DNA from: Promethearchaeota archaeon
GTDB lineage: Archaea > Asgardarchaeota > Lokiarchaeia > Sigyniarchaeales > SOKP01
Length of the DNA stretch: 64,000 bases
Assembly (NCBI GenBank): GCA_048937405.1
Contig: JBHLNF010000001.1
Coordinates: 480,001-544,000 of the forward strand
Direction of reading: 5' to 3'
Below, piece after piece: positions 20,114-30,061 of this stretch; the first letter of the stretch is position 1, and each line of letters opens with the position of its first letter. Made by a program: the position numbers and the translations under genes. The notes beneath the pieces were generated by a model. The model had not been told where the DNA came from. It worked only from the letters and a program-made list of their open reading frames with translations, and did not search any database.

Positions 20114-20145
20114 AAACAACAATAACTCAGGAAATTAAACTCGAA

Positions 20146-20850
20146 TTGAAAAAGTCTACTCCTAAATTAACACCTGAACAGATTATTCGAAGAAATAAAA
20201 TATTGAATACTGATAATCCTAATTTTTTTGGATATGGTCATAAAATCTCTGATATAGAAAAAATTACGAAAAACGTATATAAAAAATATAGATGCAGTTA
20301 TGAGGATGCTGTCGATATTTGTAAAAATTTAGTTAGTTCTAATATTCTTGAGGAGAAATTTTCTGGGGTATTTTTTCTCAATCACTTTAAAAGCGATTTT
20401 AATCAAGAAACTATTGATTTATTTGAAGATCTGTTCTCTAAACACTGTGATACATGGGCTTTTTGTGATTCTAGTTGTATAAGAGTAATTGGACCCTTTT
20501 TAGGAAAAAAAAATAACCAAAAGCTTGGGAAAAAAACCATTGAGAAATGGTCTATCAATGAAAATCTATGGATTAGACGGGCATCATTAGTAATTCTTAT
20601 TAAAATAATAATGATAAATAAGGAATTCGATGAGAATTATCTATTTGAGTTGGTAGAAAAAATGAAAAATTACTCTGAATATTATATTCAGAAAGCTATC
20701 GGGTGGATTCTTAAAACCTGTTCGAAATATAATCCCGATTCAATTTATAATTACCTATTACGTAATAAGGAGAGATTTTCTCGCCCTGTTCTTAGATATG
20801 CTAGTGAAAAATTGTCAAATGAAAAAAGAAAACAAATTTTAAAGAAATAA
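20146..20850 (+). CDS. AlkD-like DNA alkylation repair protein (HEAT-like repeats)
   Basis: DTWAFCD, W...ENLWIRRAS, YIQKAIGWILK and LRYASEK motifs. Confidence 0.85.
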   Translation: MKKSTPKLTPEQIIRRNKILNTDNPNFFGYGHKISDIEKITKNVYKKYRCSYEDAVDICKNLVSSNILEEKFSGVFFLNHFKSDFNQETIDLFEDLFSKHCDTWAFCDSSCIRVIGPFLGKKNNQKLGKKTIEKWSINENLWIRRASLVILIKIIMINKEFDENYLFELVEKMKNYSEYYIQKAIGWILKTCSKYNPDSIYNYLLRNKERFSRPVLRYASEKLSNEKRKQILKK

Positions 20851-20968
20851 AATCCTTAGACAGAATAACTGTGTAATTATAATTTGATTATTATCAAGTA
20901 GAATAGCTATTTAAAATTCAACAACAAATTAATATTTAAAAAAGAAATTTATGAGATGAAAAAGTAAA

Positions 20969-21997
20969 ATGCGAACCGCAATACTTCAAGAAATTGGAAA
21001 AGTAAGTATAATTGATGTTCCTAAACCCTCTCCCGAAGCTGGAGAAGCCCTAGTAAAAATTACAACCGCAGGGGTTTGTCATACAGATTTACATGTTGTG
21101 ATGGGAGAGTGGATGCAATTACCTACTCCACGTCCCCTGGGACATGAAGGAATTGGTATAGTCGAGGAATTGGGTCCTGATTCTGAATCTAATATAAAAG
21201 TAGGTGATAGAGTTATATTGGGTCTTGGTGGAACATTAGGATACTGGTGTGGAACCTGTGAGTATTGTCTATCAGGAAAAGCTATGTATTGTCCAGAAAG
21301 AAAACCTTTGTTCGGAATATTTAGTGAATACATTTCCGTATGGGCTCAATCTTTGGTAAAAATCCCCGATGAACTAAGTGATACTGAAGTTTCTCTAGCA
21401 TGTGGGGGTTTAACAGCGTATAGAGCAATCAAAAAACTTAAGAGCCTCAAAATTCCTTCTGATAAATATATTGCTATCATTGGGGCTGCTGGTGGCCTCG
21501 GTCATTATGCTGTGCAGATCGCAAAAAGTTTTGGATATAAAGTCATTGGAATCGATAAAGGATCTGAAAAACTAGAGATCGTTAAGAAACTCGGTGCTGA
21601 TCATGCGATAGATGTTAATGATGTTGAAAAGTTCGTTGAAAAAGAGTTAGGGGGAGTTCAAGTAAGTATAGTATTTGCAGCAAATATTTCAGCTTATAAT
21701 CTTGGAATAAAGTTACTCAGAGTAGGAGGAACACTAATTGGAGTAGGTATACCGCCATTCAATGAGGGACCAATATCAGTAACCCCATTTGAAGTAATAA
21801 TAAGAGACCTACAAATAATCGGATCCCTAACTGGTACTGTAGAAGATATGAGGGAATTAGTCCAAATAGCAGTAGAAGGAAAGGTTAAAACTCATGTCGG
21901 GAGAACTGCTAATCTTTCAGAAATTAATGAAGTATTTGAGGAAATGAAAAAAGAAAAATTTGTGGGTAGAGCCATTATTACTAACCTTATGAAGTAA
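20969..21997 (+). CDS. Zinc-dependent alcohol dehydrogenase (AdhP-like, MDR family)
   Basis: GVCHTDLH, GHEG, CGTCEYC...C structural zinc, GAAGGLGH. Confidence 0.92.
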   Translation: MRTAILQEIGKVSIIDVPKPSPEAGEALVKITTAGVCHTDLHVVMGEWMQLPTPRPLGHEGIGIVEELGPDSESNIKVGDRVILGLGGTLGYWCGTCEYCLSGKAMYCPERKPLFGIFSEYISVWAQSLVKIPDELSDTEVSLACGGLTAYRAIKKLKSLKIPSDKYIAIIGAAGGLGHYAVQIAKSFGYKVIGIDKGSEKLEIVKKLGADHAIDVNDVEKFVEKELGGVQVSIVFAANISAYNLGIKLLRVGGTLIGVGIPPFNEGPISVTPFEVIIRDLQIIGSLTGTVEDMRELVQIAVEGKVKTHVGRTANLSEINEVFEEMKKEKFVGRAIITNLMK

Positions 21998-22026
21998 AAA
22001 AAAGACAAATATGATAACAGAATCTT

Positions 22027-22707
22027 ATGAAATATAAGGCTATTATCTTTGATCTATTTGGTACTCTTGTCGATAGTTATTCAGTTCAAGGATACAACAC
22101 ATTATTAACAGATATGGCTTCAGCTCTCGAATTACCTAGTGAAAAGTTTTCAAAAATTTGGCGTGATACAACTTATGAGCGTGGAATTGGGATTTTTAAA
22201 ACCACTGAAGAAAGTATAAGATATATTTGTAGTAAACTTAAAGTTTCTGTAAGTGATGAAAATATTAGGAAATGTGAGCAGATCAGACTAAAAAACACAC
22301 GCAAAACTCTAACTCCCAAAAAAGGAGCAGTTGATATTTTAAAAAGTATAAGAGGATTAGGATATAAGATGGGGTTAATAACTAATTGTTCTACCGATGT
22401 ACCTCTCTTTTGGAAAAAAACAGAATTTTCACAGTTATTTGATGTCGCTATATTCTCCGCTTCAGTAGGGTTGAAAAAACCTGACGCTCAGATATATAAT
22501 TTAGCATGTGAACAATTGGGAGTCGAACCAAATGAATGCCTTTACATTGGAGATGGTGATAGTAATGAACTATCGGGAGCTTCTCAGTTAGGTATGGATG
22601 CTGTTATGATCCGTGATCCCAATGAGATAGATCCCTATCGTTTAGTTGAAGTAGATTGGGATGGTCGGAAAATTGAATCTTTTATAGAGATAATGGATCT
22701 GATTTAA
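22027..22707 (+). CDS. HAD-superfamily hydrolase
   Basis: FDLFGTLVD, ITN, KKPD, YIGDG..EL motifs. Confidence 0.9.
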   Translation: MKYKAIIFDLFGTLVDSYSVQGYNTLLTDMASALELPSEKFSKIWRDTTYERGIGIFKTTEESIRYICSKLKVSVSDENIRKCEQIRLKNTRKTLTPKKGAVDILKSIRGLGYKMGLITNCSTDVPLFWKKTEFSQLFDVAIFSASVGLKKPDAQIYNLACEQLGVEPNECLYIGDGDSNELSGASQLGMDAVMIRDPNEIDPYRLVEVDWDGRKIESFIEIMDLI

Positions 22708-22799
22708 TTTTTAATTACTTTTTAAGTTATAAAGAGAGAATTTCATGTCCTATTCTGAGATATGCAACTGAAAAATTACCAAAGGAAATGAGACTATAA
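22707..22799 (+). pseudogene. Displaced, diverged copy of the 3' end of the AlkD-like gene
   Basis: IFNYFLSYKERISCPILRYATEKLPKEMR versus the AlkD-like gene from 20743, IYNYLLRNKERFSRPVLRYASEKLSNEKR (18/29 identical); starts at the HAD stop codon. Confidence 0.82.
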
Positions 22800-22949
22800 T
22801 TATTGAGTCGGTAGCTCTTATTGTTTCTAATTCTATTACCTTTTAATATAGTATATTATATTTGTTAAGAAATACATTTAATTTGATATTAATAATCAAC
22901 TAAGTTAAGGAACTTAATGTAAAAAAAAGGTGATTATTAAAATTCATAA

Positions 22950-23874
22950 ATGAGAAAAATACTTTCAATGGAAATTAGTTATATTATTACTATTGTTTCT
23001 ATTGCCATTCGCTTTGATTCTCAATATTCCTATTAGTACTGCAAATAATAATGCAATACTAAACAATTTTGAAAAAGTCTATCATTTAGAATACTTTTTG
23101 CGATTCTCACCCACTAAAGATGGTTATTCTGAAACTAAATATGCTTTAGATTTTGAAAAATATAATGAAAGTGGAGAATCCTACATAAAAGTTTCAATTT
23201 ATTATGAAGACCTACAATTAACTATATTTAATGATAATTTTAGTTATATCATTTCACTTTCCTCTCGAGAAATACTTGAAGCAAGTGATAATGATTATAG
23301 TGAATATCTTTTAGGCACCCATACAGAGTTATTCTTAAAACCGTCAGAGTTTGAGAATTCTAATAAAATTCGCATCGATGAACCGTTGACTTTTTCTGGT
23401 TATCTTATAGATTATCAAGATCCTCAATCCCTTAGAAGTGACGTAACTTTTAATTACATGGGAATAGAACAATACACTTTAAATTTGCAATATAATTTTA
23501 CAGCTTACCATTATAAAGTTACACATGTACTATGGTCAGAAGGAGATTTCTGAGATACTTACTACATTGACGTCGATTATTATTTTGATAATAATACAGG
23601 GATCCTCTTGGCAGAAAAAGTTTATGGTTATTTGTATCATTATAAATCTGATTCGATTTCACATGAAATTTATATTACCCGTACTCTCGCTCTAATTAAT
23701 CAAACAACATTATTGAATTCTTATAAGGCGATGAATATAGATCGAAATCCCTCAGATGAACCTGATGAAACAAAAAGACTTGATTGGAATTATTCTATCC
23801 TTCTTATATTCTTATCAGTTTGGATTTCGCTGTTATATAATGGAAAAAAAATAATAAAAAAAAATAGGAATTAA
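22950..23874 (+). pseudogene. Secreted, C-terminally membrane-anchored protein gene split by an in-frame TGA (23551-23553); possible extra A near the start
   Basis: ORFs 22993-23553 and 23608-23874 are in the same frame and the spacer is open (SEGDF*DTYYIDVDYYFDNNTGILL). Removing one A after ATGAGA at 22950 gives a signal peptide MRKYFQWKLVILLLLFLLPF. C-terminal TM helix plus a basic tail. Confidence 0.65.
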
Positions 23875-24130
23875 ATCAATGAAACCGCGTTATAAACCTT
23901 TGGAAACGCGATGGAGAGAAAGGAATGCCCCTTTTTAGTTCCATTCTATACCACCTTTTTTTCTATAATTATTTTGGATCATATACATATAAAAATCGAT
24001 AAAATGAAAGATTTCATCTTAAAAAATTATTCTATAGAAAAAAATTTATATGATATTTTTCCCTTTCTAAATTACGAATTTTGATATTATAAAAACTCAA
24101 GTGTTTTATAAAGTAAGAATTCGCAATATC

Positions 24131-24263
24131 GGCAAAGTGGCGTAGCCCGGAGTGCATTGGAATATTCCCGATGACGGGTAGGAACGCACTAGAATCATCA
24201 GAATTACTGATAATGGTGAAACTGAAGATCTAGGTATCGTGAGTTCAAATCTCACCTTTGCCA
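24131..24263 (+). tRNA. tRNA-Phe(GAA) with two non-canonical introns (D-loop 24151-24181; anticodon stem 24193-24220)
   Basis: Acceptor GGCAAAG/CTTTGCC. After BHB-guided removal: GCGT-AGCCCGGGA-ACGC, CTAGA-CTGAAGA-TCTAG, GTGAG-TTCAAAT-CTCAC. Confidence 0.88.
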
Positions 24264-24343
24264 TACTATTTTTCATTTCTATTTCTTTTTTAAATAACCT
24301 TGGTAATGAATATTTTTTCTTATGATAAATAATTGAAATAAGC

Positions 24344-25603
24344 CTATTTCCATTTTTGCCTTAAATCCTTGATTATTTTCTCCCCATAAAAATTCATTTT
24401 TTTTTTTCTTTCTTTAGATAATCCAGTGTAATTATCATCATACGTCAACATCTTTTCAATCTCCTTAATAAGAGATTCACTACCTACATCATAACCATAT
24501 TTGATACACAATTTTTCCAAATCATCTCTGTATTTAAAGGAATAATTTACTCTTTTATCTTTGTAAATCCTCTGTAACTCCTTTTCTATTTTTACTCGCT
24601 TCTTAGGATCACTGATACTCTTTAACACTAATCCAAAAGTTTCCACTCGGTATTCCCATTTTTTAGGTTTTACCATATATAGGAATTTACTCACATTACC
24701 TTTAGCTTCTAATCCTGTAGTAAAAGTATTTTTTCCTTTAACAGGAGAGATTTTAACAGTCTCAATCCCATTAGCTTTACAAAGGAATTTAAAATCTTCT
24801 AGTAATGGAAAAGAGGCGTTATTAAAGCTAATATGTAAAGTTTTATTATGTTTATGAATATGAATTGAGCCATCTGTATCAACTAATCTTCTTATTGCTA
24901 CTAAATGAAATTCCTTGTTTTTTTTAATCCAATTTGGTACTTTTATTTGATTTTCTTTTTTATCTCCTGATTTATGTCCTTTTTTAATTAATGCTTCAAT
25001 AATTTTTTTCCTATGGACTGAAAGTTTAATTGCATCTGCTTCTTTTGGTTCAAATATCCTTGGTCTTTTTTTCAATGTTTTTTTCATTAAATCATAAACA
25101 TATTTAATGTATTGTGGTTCTTGAGATTCATTCAGTGTAATTTTGTATTCGCTTTTACTGCATGGGATAGTTCCATCACCAAGACCAATACAAATCATCT
25201 CTACTAATTCCTTATTTTCTACAAGTGGCTCATTAGGATTTTCTTTGAATTCCAAATCGTTTTTATCTTGTTCTTGTAAATATTCCTTTATTCTTATTTT
25301 TTCAAGTTGCTTCTTAATAGTGTCATTCTCCTTTTGATGGGAAGAGACTTCTTTTTTAGAATTTTCTTTAACATTTTCTTTTCTTTTAAATTTCATTTCA
25401 AATTGATAGATATCAGATTTGTCTTCATCATTAAATTGAAATTTAGTATAATTATTTTTAATTAAATCTTTTTTTCTATCAAGAGAATTGACCTTTTTAT
25501 CAAAAAATTCTTCATCTTTCTCCTTTTTATTTTTAGCTTTTAAATTATAGCGTTTATTAACAAATTCTTTATTATTATAATCTTTCATCAAATTATACTT
25601 CAT
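24344..25603 (-). CDS. Free-standing double-motif LAGLIDADG endonuclease-like protein
   Basis: LVEMICIGLGDG and IRRLVDTDGSI motifs, IKVPNWI linker; ~130-aa Lys/Glu/Asn-rich N-terminus. Confidence 0.8.
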   Translation of the reverse strand: MKYNLMKDYNNKEFVNKRYNLKAKNKKEKDEEFFDKKVNSLDRKKDLIKNNYTKFQFNDEDKSDIYQFEMKFKRKENVKENSKKEVSSHQKENDTIKKQLEKIRIKEYLQEQDKNDLEFKENPNEPLVENKELVEMICIGLGDGTIPCSKSEYKITLNESQEPQYIKYVYDLMKKTLKKRPRIFEPKEADAIKLSVHRKKIIEALIKKGHKSGDKKENQIKVPNWIKKNKEFHLVAIRRLVDTDGSIHIHKHNKTLHISFNNASFPLLEDFKFLCKANGIETVKISPVKGKNTFTTGLEAKGNVSKFLYMVKPKKWEYRVETFGLVLKSISDPKKRVKIEKELQRIYKDKRVNYSFKYRDDLEKLCIKYGYDVGSESLIKEIEKMLTYDDNYTGLSKERKKKMNFYGEKIIKDLRQKWK

Positions 25604-25719
25604 TAATTTTGATCAAAATTTTAAACCTATGATTATTTTTCATAGTAGTTCTATAAAAACAGATTTTATTCAAATGCTTTTCTCTAATTATTTAAACTAG
25701 TTTTTTATACTATTAACCT

Positions 25720-26229
25720 TTAATTTCTTCTCAAATCATTTCTAAGGAAGACCTTAAATTTTTTATTATTATCATCTATTAATTCCCAAAATTCATCATA
25801 TATCTCTTTGAGGCTCATTTTTTTTTTCTGAGAAGTGATTTCTTTATTCTTTATACTATTACTTATTTTTTTTATGGTTTTACATGGATTATATTCAACA
25901 TAATTACCTTCAAGTATTAAATTTTCAATAAGTTCACAATCGTCTTGTTTGGTATTGCTAGAATCTAAAACATTTTCTTGATGAACTTTATTTTCAAATT
26001 CAAAATCTACTTTTTGATATCCTCGAACCTGATAATTTTTATCTACATAAGCTTGAAATTGATGTTGACATACTAATCCACGTGCTATTGACATTGTAGT
26101 TAATTGTTTTGCCTCTTCTATAACAGATTTAGGTACATCAAGAGTTTTTTTAGTTTTACAGACTGGACAAATAAATTGAATACTAGCGATACTAATATCT
26201 ATATTTTTCTTAGCTTCTGTAATGGCCAT
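25720..26229 (-). CDS. Hypothetical protein with N-terminal zinc ribbon
   Basis: CPVC...CQHQFQAYVDKNYQVRGYQKVD. Confidence 0.7.
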   Translation of the reverse strand: MAITEAKKNIDISIASIQFICPVCKTKKTLDVPKSVIEEAKQLTTMSIARGLVCQHQFQAYVDKNYQVRGYQKVDFEFENKVHQENVLDSSNTKQDDCELIENLILEGNYVEYNPCKTIKKISNSIKNKEITSQKKKMSLKEIYDEFWELIDDNNKKFKVFLRNDLRRN

Positions 26230-26346
26230 ACTAACACCTTCTTGAATTCATTTAAAAATAGAAATAAAAACCCCATTTATTTCTTAAAGAAAATTTTGAA
26301 ATTTAAGTAATAGGACAGAACTTAATAAGTAATTTATAATAGGGTA

Positions 26347-26937
26347 TTAGGCATTATTCGGATTGAATATAATATTCATATTGTTTTCATCCAATTCAAA
26401 ATTAATCAATAGATTAGATATCAATTCACTTTCAATTTTAAAATAATGAGTTCCTTTGGTAAATTTCTCCATAGATTCCTTGTCTATTTTTATTAAAATA
26501 CTGATTGTATCATTTAGGTTAATAGTTCTGCCACTTAATTTACCTTCTATAATATCATTTAAATTAAACGAATCTCCTTTGTGATAAATTAGGATACGAT
26601 TCTTTATTGCATCTAAATTAACACTTTCTTTTGAAAAATTTAATTCAACATTATCCAAATAAAATTTCCCATATTTAGAAAAATCAAGATCTTCAGGATT
26701 AAAATTATTCAAATTAAAATCTCCAATTTGAATTTCTTTAGGAATTATAAAAGGAAGAAGTAAATTAATGAATTTTATTTGCAATGAATCTACATTCCCG
26801 TCACCATCAGTATCCACAGTAAAGACGCATTTTTTTGGTGGAAAGAGTTTTTTTATTAATACTTTAAAAGCAGTTAAATCATAAGACATAAGTAGTTGAC
26901 TTTTTGATTTTATATTAATCATTATAAATCGAAGCAT
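26347..26937 (-). CDS. Hypothetical protein
   Basis: 196-aa ORF abutting iolG; contains DTDGDGNVD, an EF-hand-like Ca-binding motif. Confidence 0.65.
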   Translation of the reverse strand: MLRFIMINIKSKSQLLMSYDLTAFKVLIKKLFPPKKCVFTVDTDGDGNVDSLQIKFINLLLPFIIPKEIQIGDFNLNNFNPEDLDFSKYGKFYLDNVELNFSKESVNLDAIKNRILIYHKGDSFNLNDIIEGKLSGRTINLNDTISILIKIDKESMEKFTKGTHYFKIESELISNLLINFELDENNMNIIFNPNNA

Positions 26938-27962
26938 TAATAGTTTTCGACTTCTGAAATCTTTACAGGACGATTCTCTTTATGTGATTTCTGAGCAGCT
27001 AAAGCTACTAGAACATTTTTTAATCCGTCTTCTCCATTAGGTTTAGGCTCCAAATTTTTACCTAAGCAATCAAAGAAATATTTCAGTTCAGCTGAGTATG
27101 ATTCTATATATCTATCCATGAAAAAATAAGGGATTTTATCGATACTAGTACAATCAGCAGTATAAATACGGACAGTGTTAGTAGCTTCATTATCCGCTAT
27201 GGCGCATCCTTTGGATCCAAATATTTCAACACGTTGATCATATCCATAGACTGCTTGACGAGTATTATCAATTATTCCCATTGCTCCATTTTCAAATTTC
27301 AAAACAGCTACAGAGGTATCAATATCTCCTGCTTTCCCAATTTCGGGATCGATAAGTACACCTCCAGTTGCATAGACTTCTTCCACTTCACTTCCAACCT
27401 GGTATCTTGCCATATCCCAATCATGGATAGTCATATCAAAAAACATACCACCCGAACCTTTTATATATGAGATTGGAGGAGGGGCTGGATCTCGCGAAGT
27501 TATTTTAACAATTTGAGGTTCACCGATTTGACCAGAAACAACTGATTCATGGCATCTCATAAAATTACGATCAAAACGTCGATTATATCCCATCATGAGT
27601 TTTACATTTTTTTCTTTAACAACTGAAAGAGTTTTTCTAATCTTCTTTATATCTGAATCAATTGGTTTTTCACAAAAAATGTGTTTATTCATCTTGGCAG
27701 CTTCCTGAATAATTTTAGTATGAGTATCTGTAGGTGAACAAATTACTACTATCTCAATTTCAGGGTCATTTAAAATTTCAAATGGATCATTGGCGAGTTT
27801 TGGTATACCTTTCTCTTCTGCCCATTCTCGTAATTTTTCATCAATATTAATATCAACCACAATTTTCATATTAATATCAGGAATTTTACGTAATAAATTT
27901 TCAATATGTATTTTTCCAATTCTCCCAGCTCCAAATACTCCAACAGTAAATTTATTTACCAA
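26937..27962 (-). CDS. iolG: Inositol 2-dehydrogenase (Gfo/Idh/MocA family)
   Basis: GAGRIGKIH, CEKP, GYNRRFD, ITSRDP, SGGMFFDMTIHD, YGYDQRVE. Confidence 0.9.
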   Translation of the reverse strand: MVNKFTVGVFGAGRIGKIHIENLLRKIPDINMKIVVDINIDEKLREWAEEKGIPKLANDPFEILNDPEIEIVVICSPTDTHTKIIQEAAKMNKHIFCEKPIDSDIKKIRKTLSVVKEKNVKLMMGYNRRFDRNFMRCHESVVSGQIGEPQIVKITSRDPAPPPISYIKGSGGMFFDMTIHDWDMARYQVGSEVEEVYATGGVLIDPEIGKAGDIDTSVAVLKFENGAMGIIDNTRQAVYGYDQRVEIFGSKGCAIADNEATNTVRIYTADCTSIDKIPYFFMDRYIESYSAELKYFFDCLGKNLEPKPNGEDGLKNVLVALAAQKSHKENRPVKISEVENY

Positions 27963-28127
27963 AATTTATCACTTAAATCATTTACATTTGAATATAAAAT
28001 TTGAAAAAGTTCGAGTAAATTTATACTTACAAATTTTCTAATTAAATATTAAAAATTTATATTTGTTAAAGTCTAAATTGATTTAATTAATTAAAATTAA
28101 TTATCAAACAATAAAAGTGTTAACTTA

Positions 28128-29330
28128 ATGAATGAAACAAGTATTCAAGTCTATCGGTACCGCTGGATCGTTCTTTTACTGTTTATGCTAGAAAATATTA
28201 TACTACAAATGTTATGGATATGTTTTGCTCCAGTGAATGAAATTGCTCAAACTTTTTATGGAGTTAATAAACTTTTAATAGATTTACTAGCATTGAGTTT
28301 TATGATTGTATATATTCCAATAGCTTTTTTATCAGCTTGGATTATTGATAAATATGGTTTTAGAATAGGAGCTGGGATTGGAGCAATAATCACAGGAATT
28401 TTTGGGTTTTTAAGATTTGTTGCATTTGATGATTATATATTATTACTAATATTCCAAATTGGAATTGGAATAGGACAACCTTTTATCCTTAATGCTGTAA
28501 CAAAATTATCAGCAAACTGGTTTCCTGATGATGAGAGAACAACAGCTACAGGAATAGCTTTAATATCACAATTTTTAGGTATTGCTTTAGGAATGTTTAT
28601 CACACCCCTCCTAACAACTACAGAAGATCTTCTACCAATGCTGTTTATATATGGTATCTTATCTTTAATTATTAGTGTTATTTTTATTATACTTGTTAAA
28701 GATAAACCACCAACACCACCTACAAAAGATCTTTTAGAAGAGAAAGTTTTAATGTCTGAAGGTTTGAAGAAATTATTTAAGAATAAGCATTTTATACTTC
28801 TTTTCATCCTTTTTTTCTTGGGTCTTGGAATATTCAATACAATAGCCACTTATATTTTTGGAATTGTAGAACCCAGAGGTTATAGTGAAACGTTTTCTGG
28901 AATATTAGGTGGTCTAATGTTATTAGGGGGGATTGGAGGTTGTATTATAATGGCTACATTATCAGATAAATATGAAAAACGTAAACCTCTTTTGATAATT
29001 TCACTTATATTGGCAACAATTTCCTTATTCTTATTTACTTTTACATCTGATAGAATAATGTTAATTACGTTTTCATTTCTTTTAGGTTTCGGTTTACTTT
29101 CAGCAGGACCAGTAGGACTTGAATATGCTGTAGATATTACAAAACCAGTACCAGAAGCAAGTTCAAATGGAATGTTGATGATGATAGGGCAAATTGGAGG
29201 AATTTTATTTATTCTTATTTTTGAAGATGTTACAATAAATGGTGATTATTGGCCTGCTTTATTAATTCAAACTGTTTTTTTGGTAATTGCTGTAATAATC
29301 TCATTTTTCTTAAAAGAAACTAAAAAGTAA
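28128..29330 (+). CDS. MFS transporter, FLVCR/SLC49-like
   Basis: VYRYRWIVL start, WFPDDERTTAT, KPPTPP and PVPEASSNG motifs; about 12 TM helices. Confidence 0.8.
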   Translation: MNETSIQVYRYRWIVLLLFMLENIILQMLWICFAPVNEIAQTFYGVNKLLIDLLALSFMIVYIPIAFLSAWIIDKYGFRIGAGIGAIITGIFGFLRFVAFDDYILLLIFQIGIGIGQPFILNAVTKLSANWFPDDERTTATGIALISQFLGIALGMFITPLLTTTEDLLPMLFIYGILSLIISVIFIILVKDKPPTPPTKDLLEEKVLMSEGLKKLFKNKHFILLFILFFLGLGIFNTIATYIFGIVEPRGYSETFSGILGGLMLLGGIGGCIIMATLSDKYEKRKPLLIISLILATISLFLFTFTSDRIMLITFSFLLGFGLLSAGPVGLEYAVDITKPVPEASSNGMLMMIGQIGGILFILIFEDVTINGDYWPALLIQTVFLVIAVIISFFLKETKK

Positions 29331-29445
29331 TTATTTTACTTTTTCTTTTCTTAAATCTATAATTAAAGAGTGGAATAAATAATAGGAATTAATAACATAT
29401 ATTATTAAAATTATCAAATACAAAAAATAAATGGAGAATGATTAA

Positions 29446-29931
29446 TTACATTTCCGCTCCACAATAAGAACAAAATTTTGCAATCTCATTTTTAGTGGGT
29501 GTTCCACAATTAGAACAATATTTTCCTTGTTGTTCTGGAGGGTTTTCTTTTTCTTGTATTGAAAAATATTTAATTTTTCTAGTTGTCTTATTAAATTTAC
29601 CTCTTAATTGTCCTGTAGCTTTTAAATCTAATATTATTGCTTGAATATCTTTAGGTGAGATTCCTGTACTTTTGCTAATATCATCTATCATAGCTTCTGG
29701 ATTTTCTTGAAATTCTGATAAAACCACATTCCTCAGTTTACTTCTATTAGTTATTGCAATTATTTGACTAAGTATGAGAGCTATTCCAATTCCAGTCGAT
29801 ATAAATCCCCACAACTCAAAACCATTTCCCCAATGGATAAATTCATTAATTCCCCAATACAAGAAGACTCCTGCAATAATCAAAGCACAAATCGAAAATC
29901 CTTCTGAATATTGATTTCTTTCATATCTCAT
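29446..29931 (-). CDS. Membrane protein: 2 TM + winged-helix-like domain + C-terminal zinc ribbon
   Basis: Two hydrophobic helices, IDDISKSTGIS helix-turn-helix-like segment, CSNCG...CSYCG. Confidence 0.7.
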   Translation of the reverse strand: MRYERNQYSEGFSICALIIAGVFLYWGINEFIHWGNGFELWGFISTGIGIALILSQIIAITNRSKLRNVVLSEFQENPEAMIDDISKSTGISPKDIQAIILDLKATGQLRGKFNKTTRKIKYFSIQEKENPPEQQGKYCSNCGTPTKNEIAKFCSYCGAEM

Positions 29932-30061
29932 TTTAAATCACTTATATTTCTCACGAAGATATCCCTTTAATGAAATTGATCAGTTAATATTTTAAGAATT
30001 TTAATGATCTATAGTTTACAATTTTGAATATCTACTTAATTAACACATAGAATCTTATTAA

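Noticed and set aside
24344-25603. Intein or intron-encoded status of the LAGLIDADG ORF
   Set aside because: No N-terminal Cys/Ser or C-terminal His-Asn splicing motifs, and no interrupted host gene flanks it.
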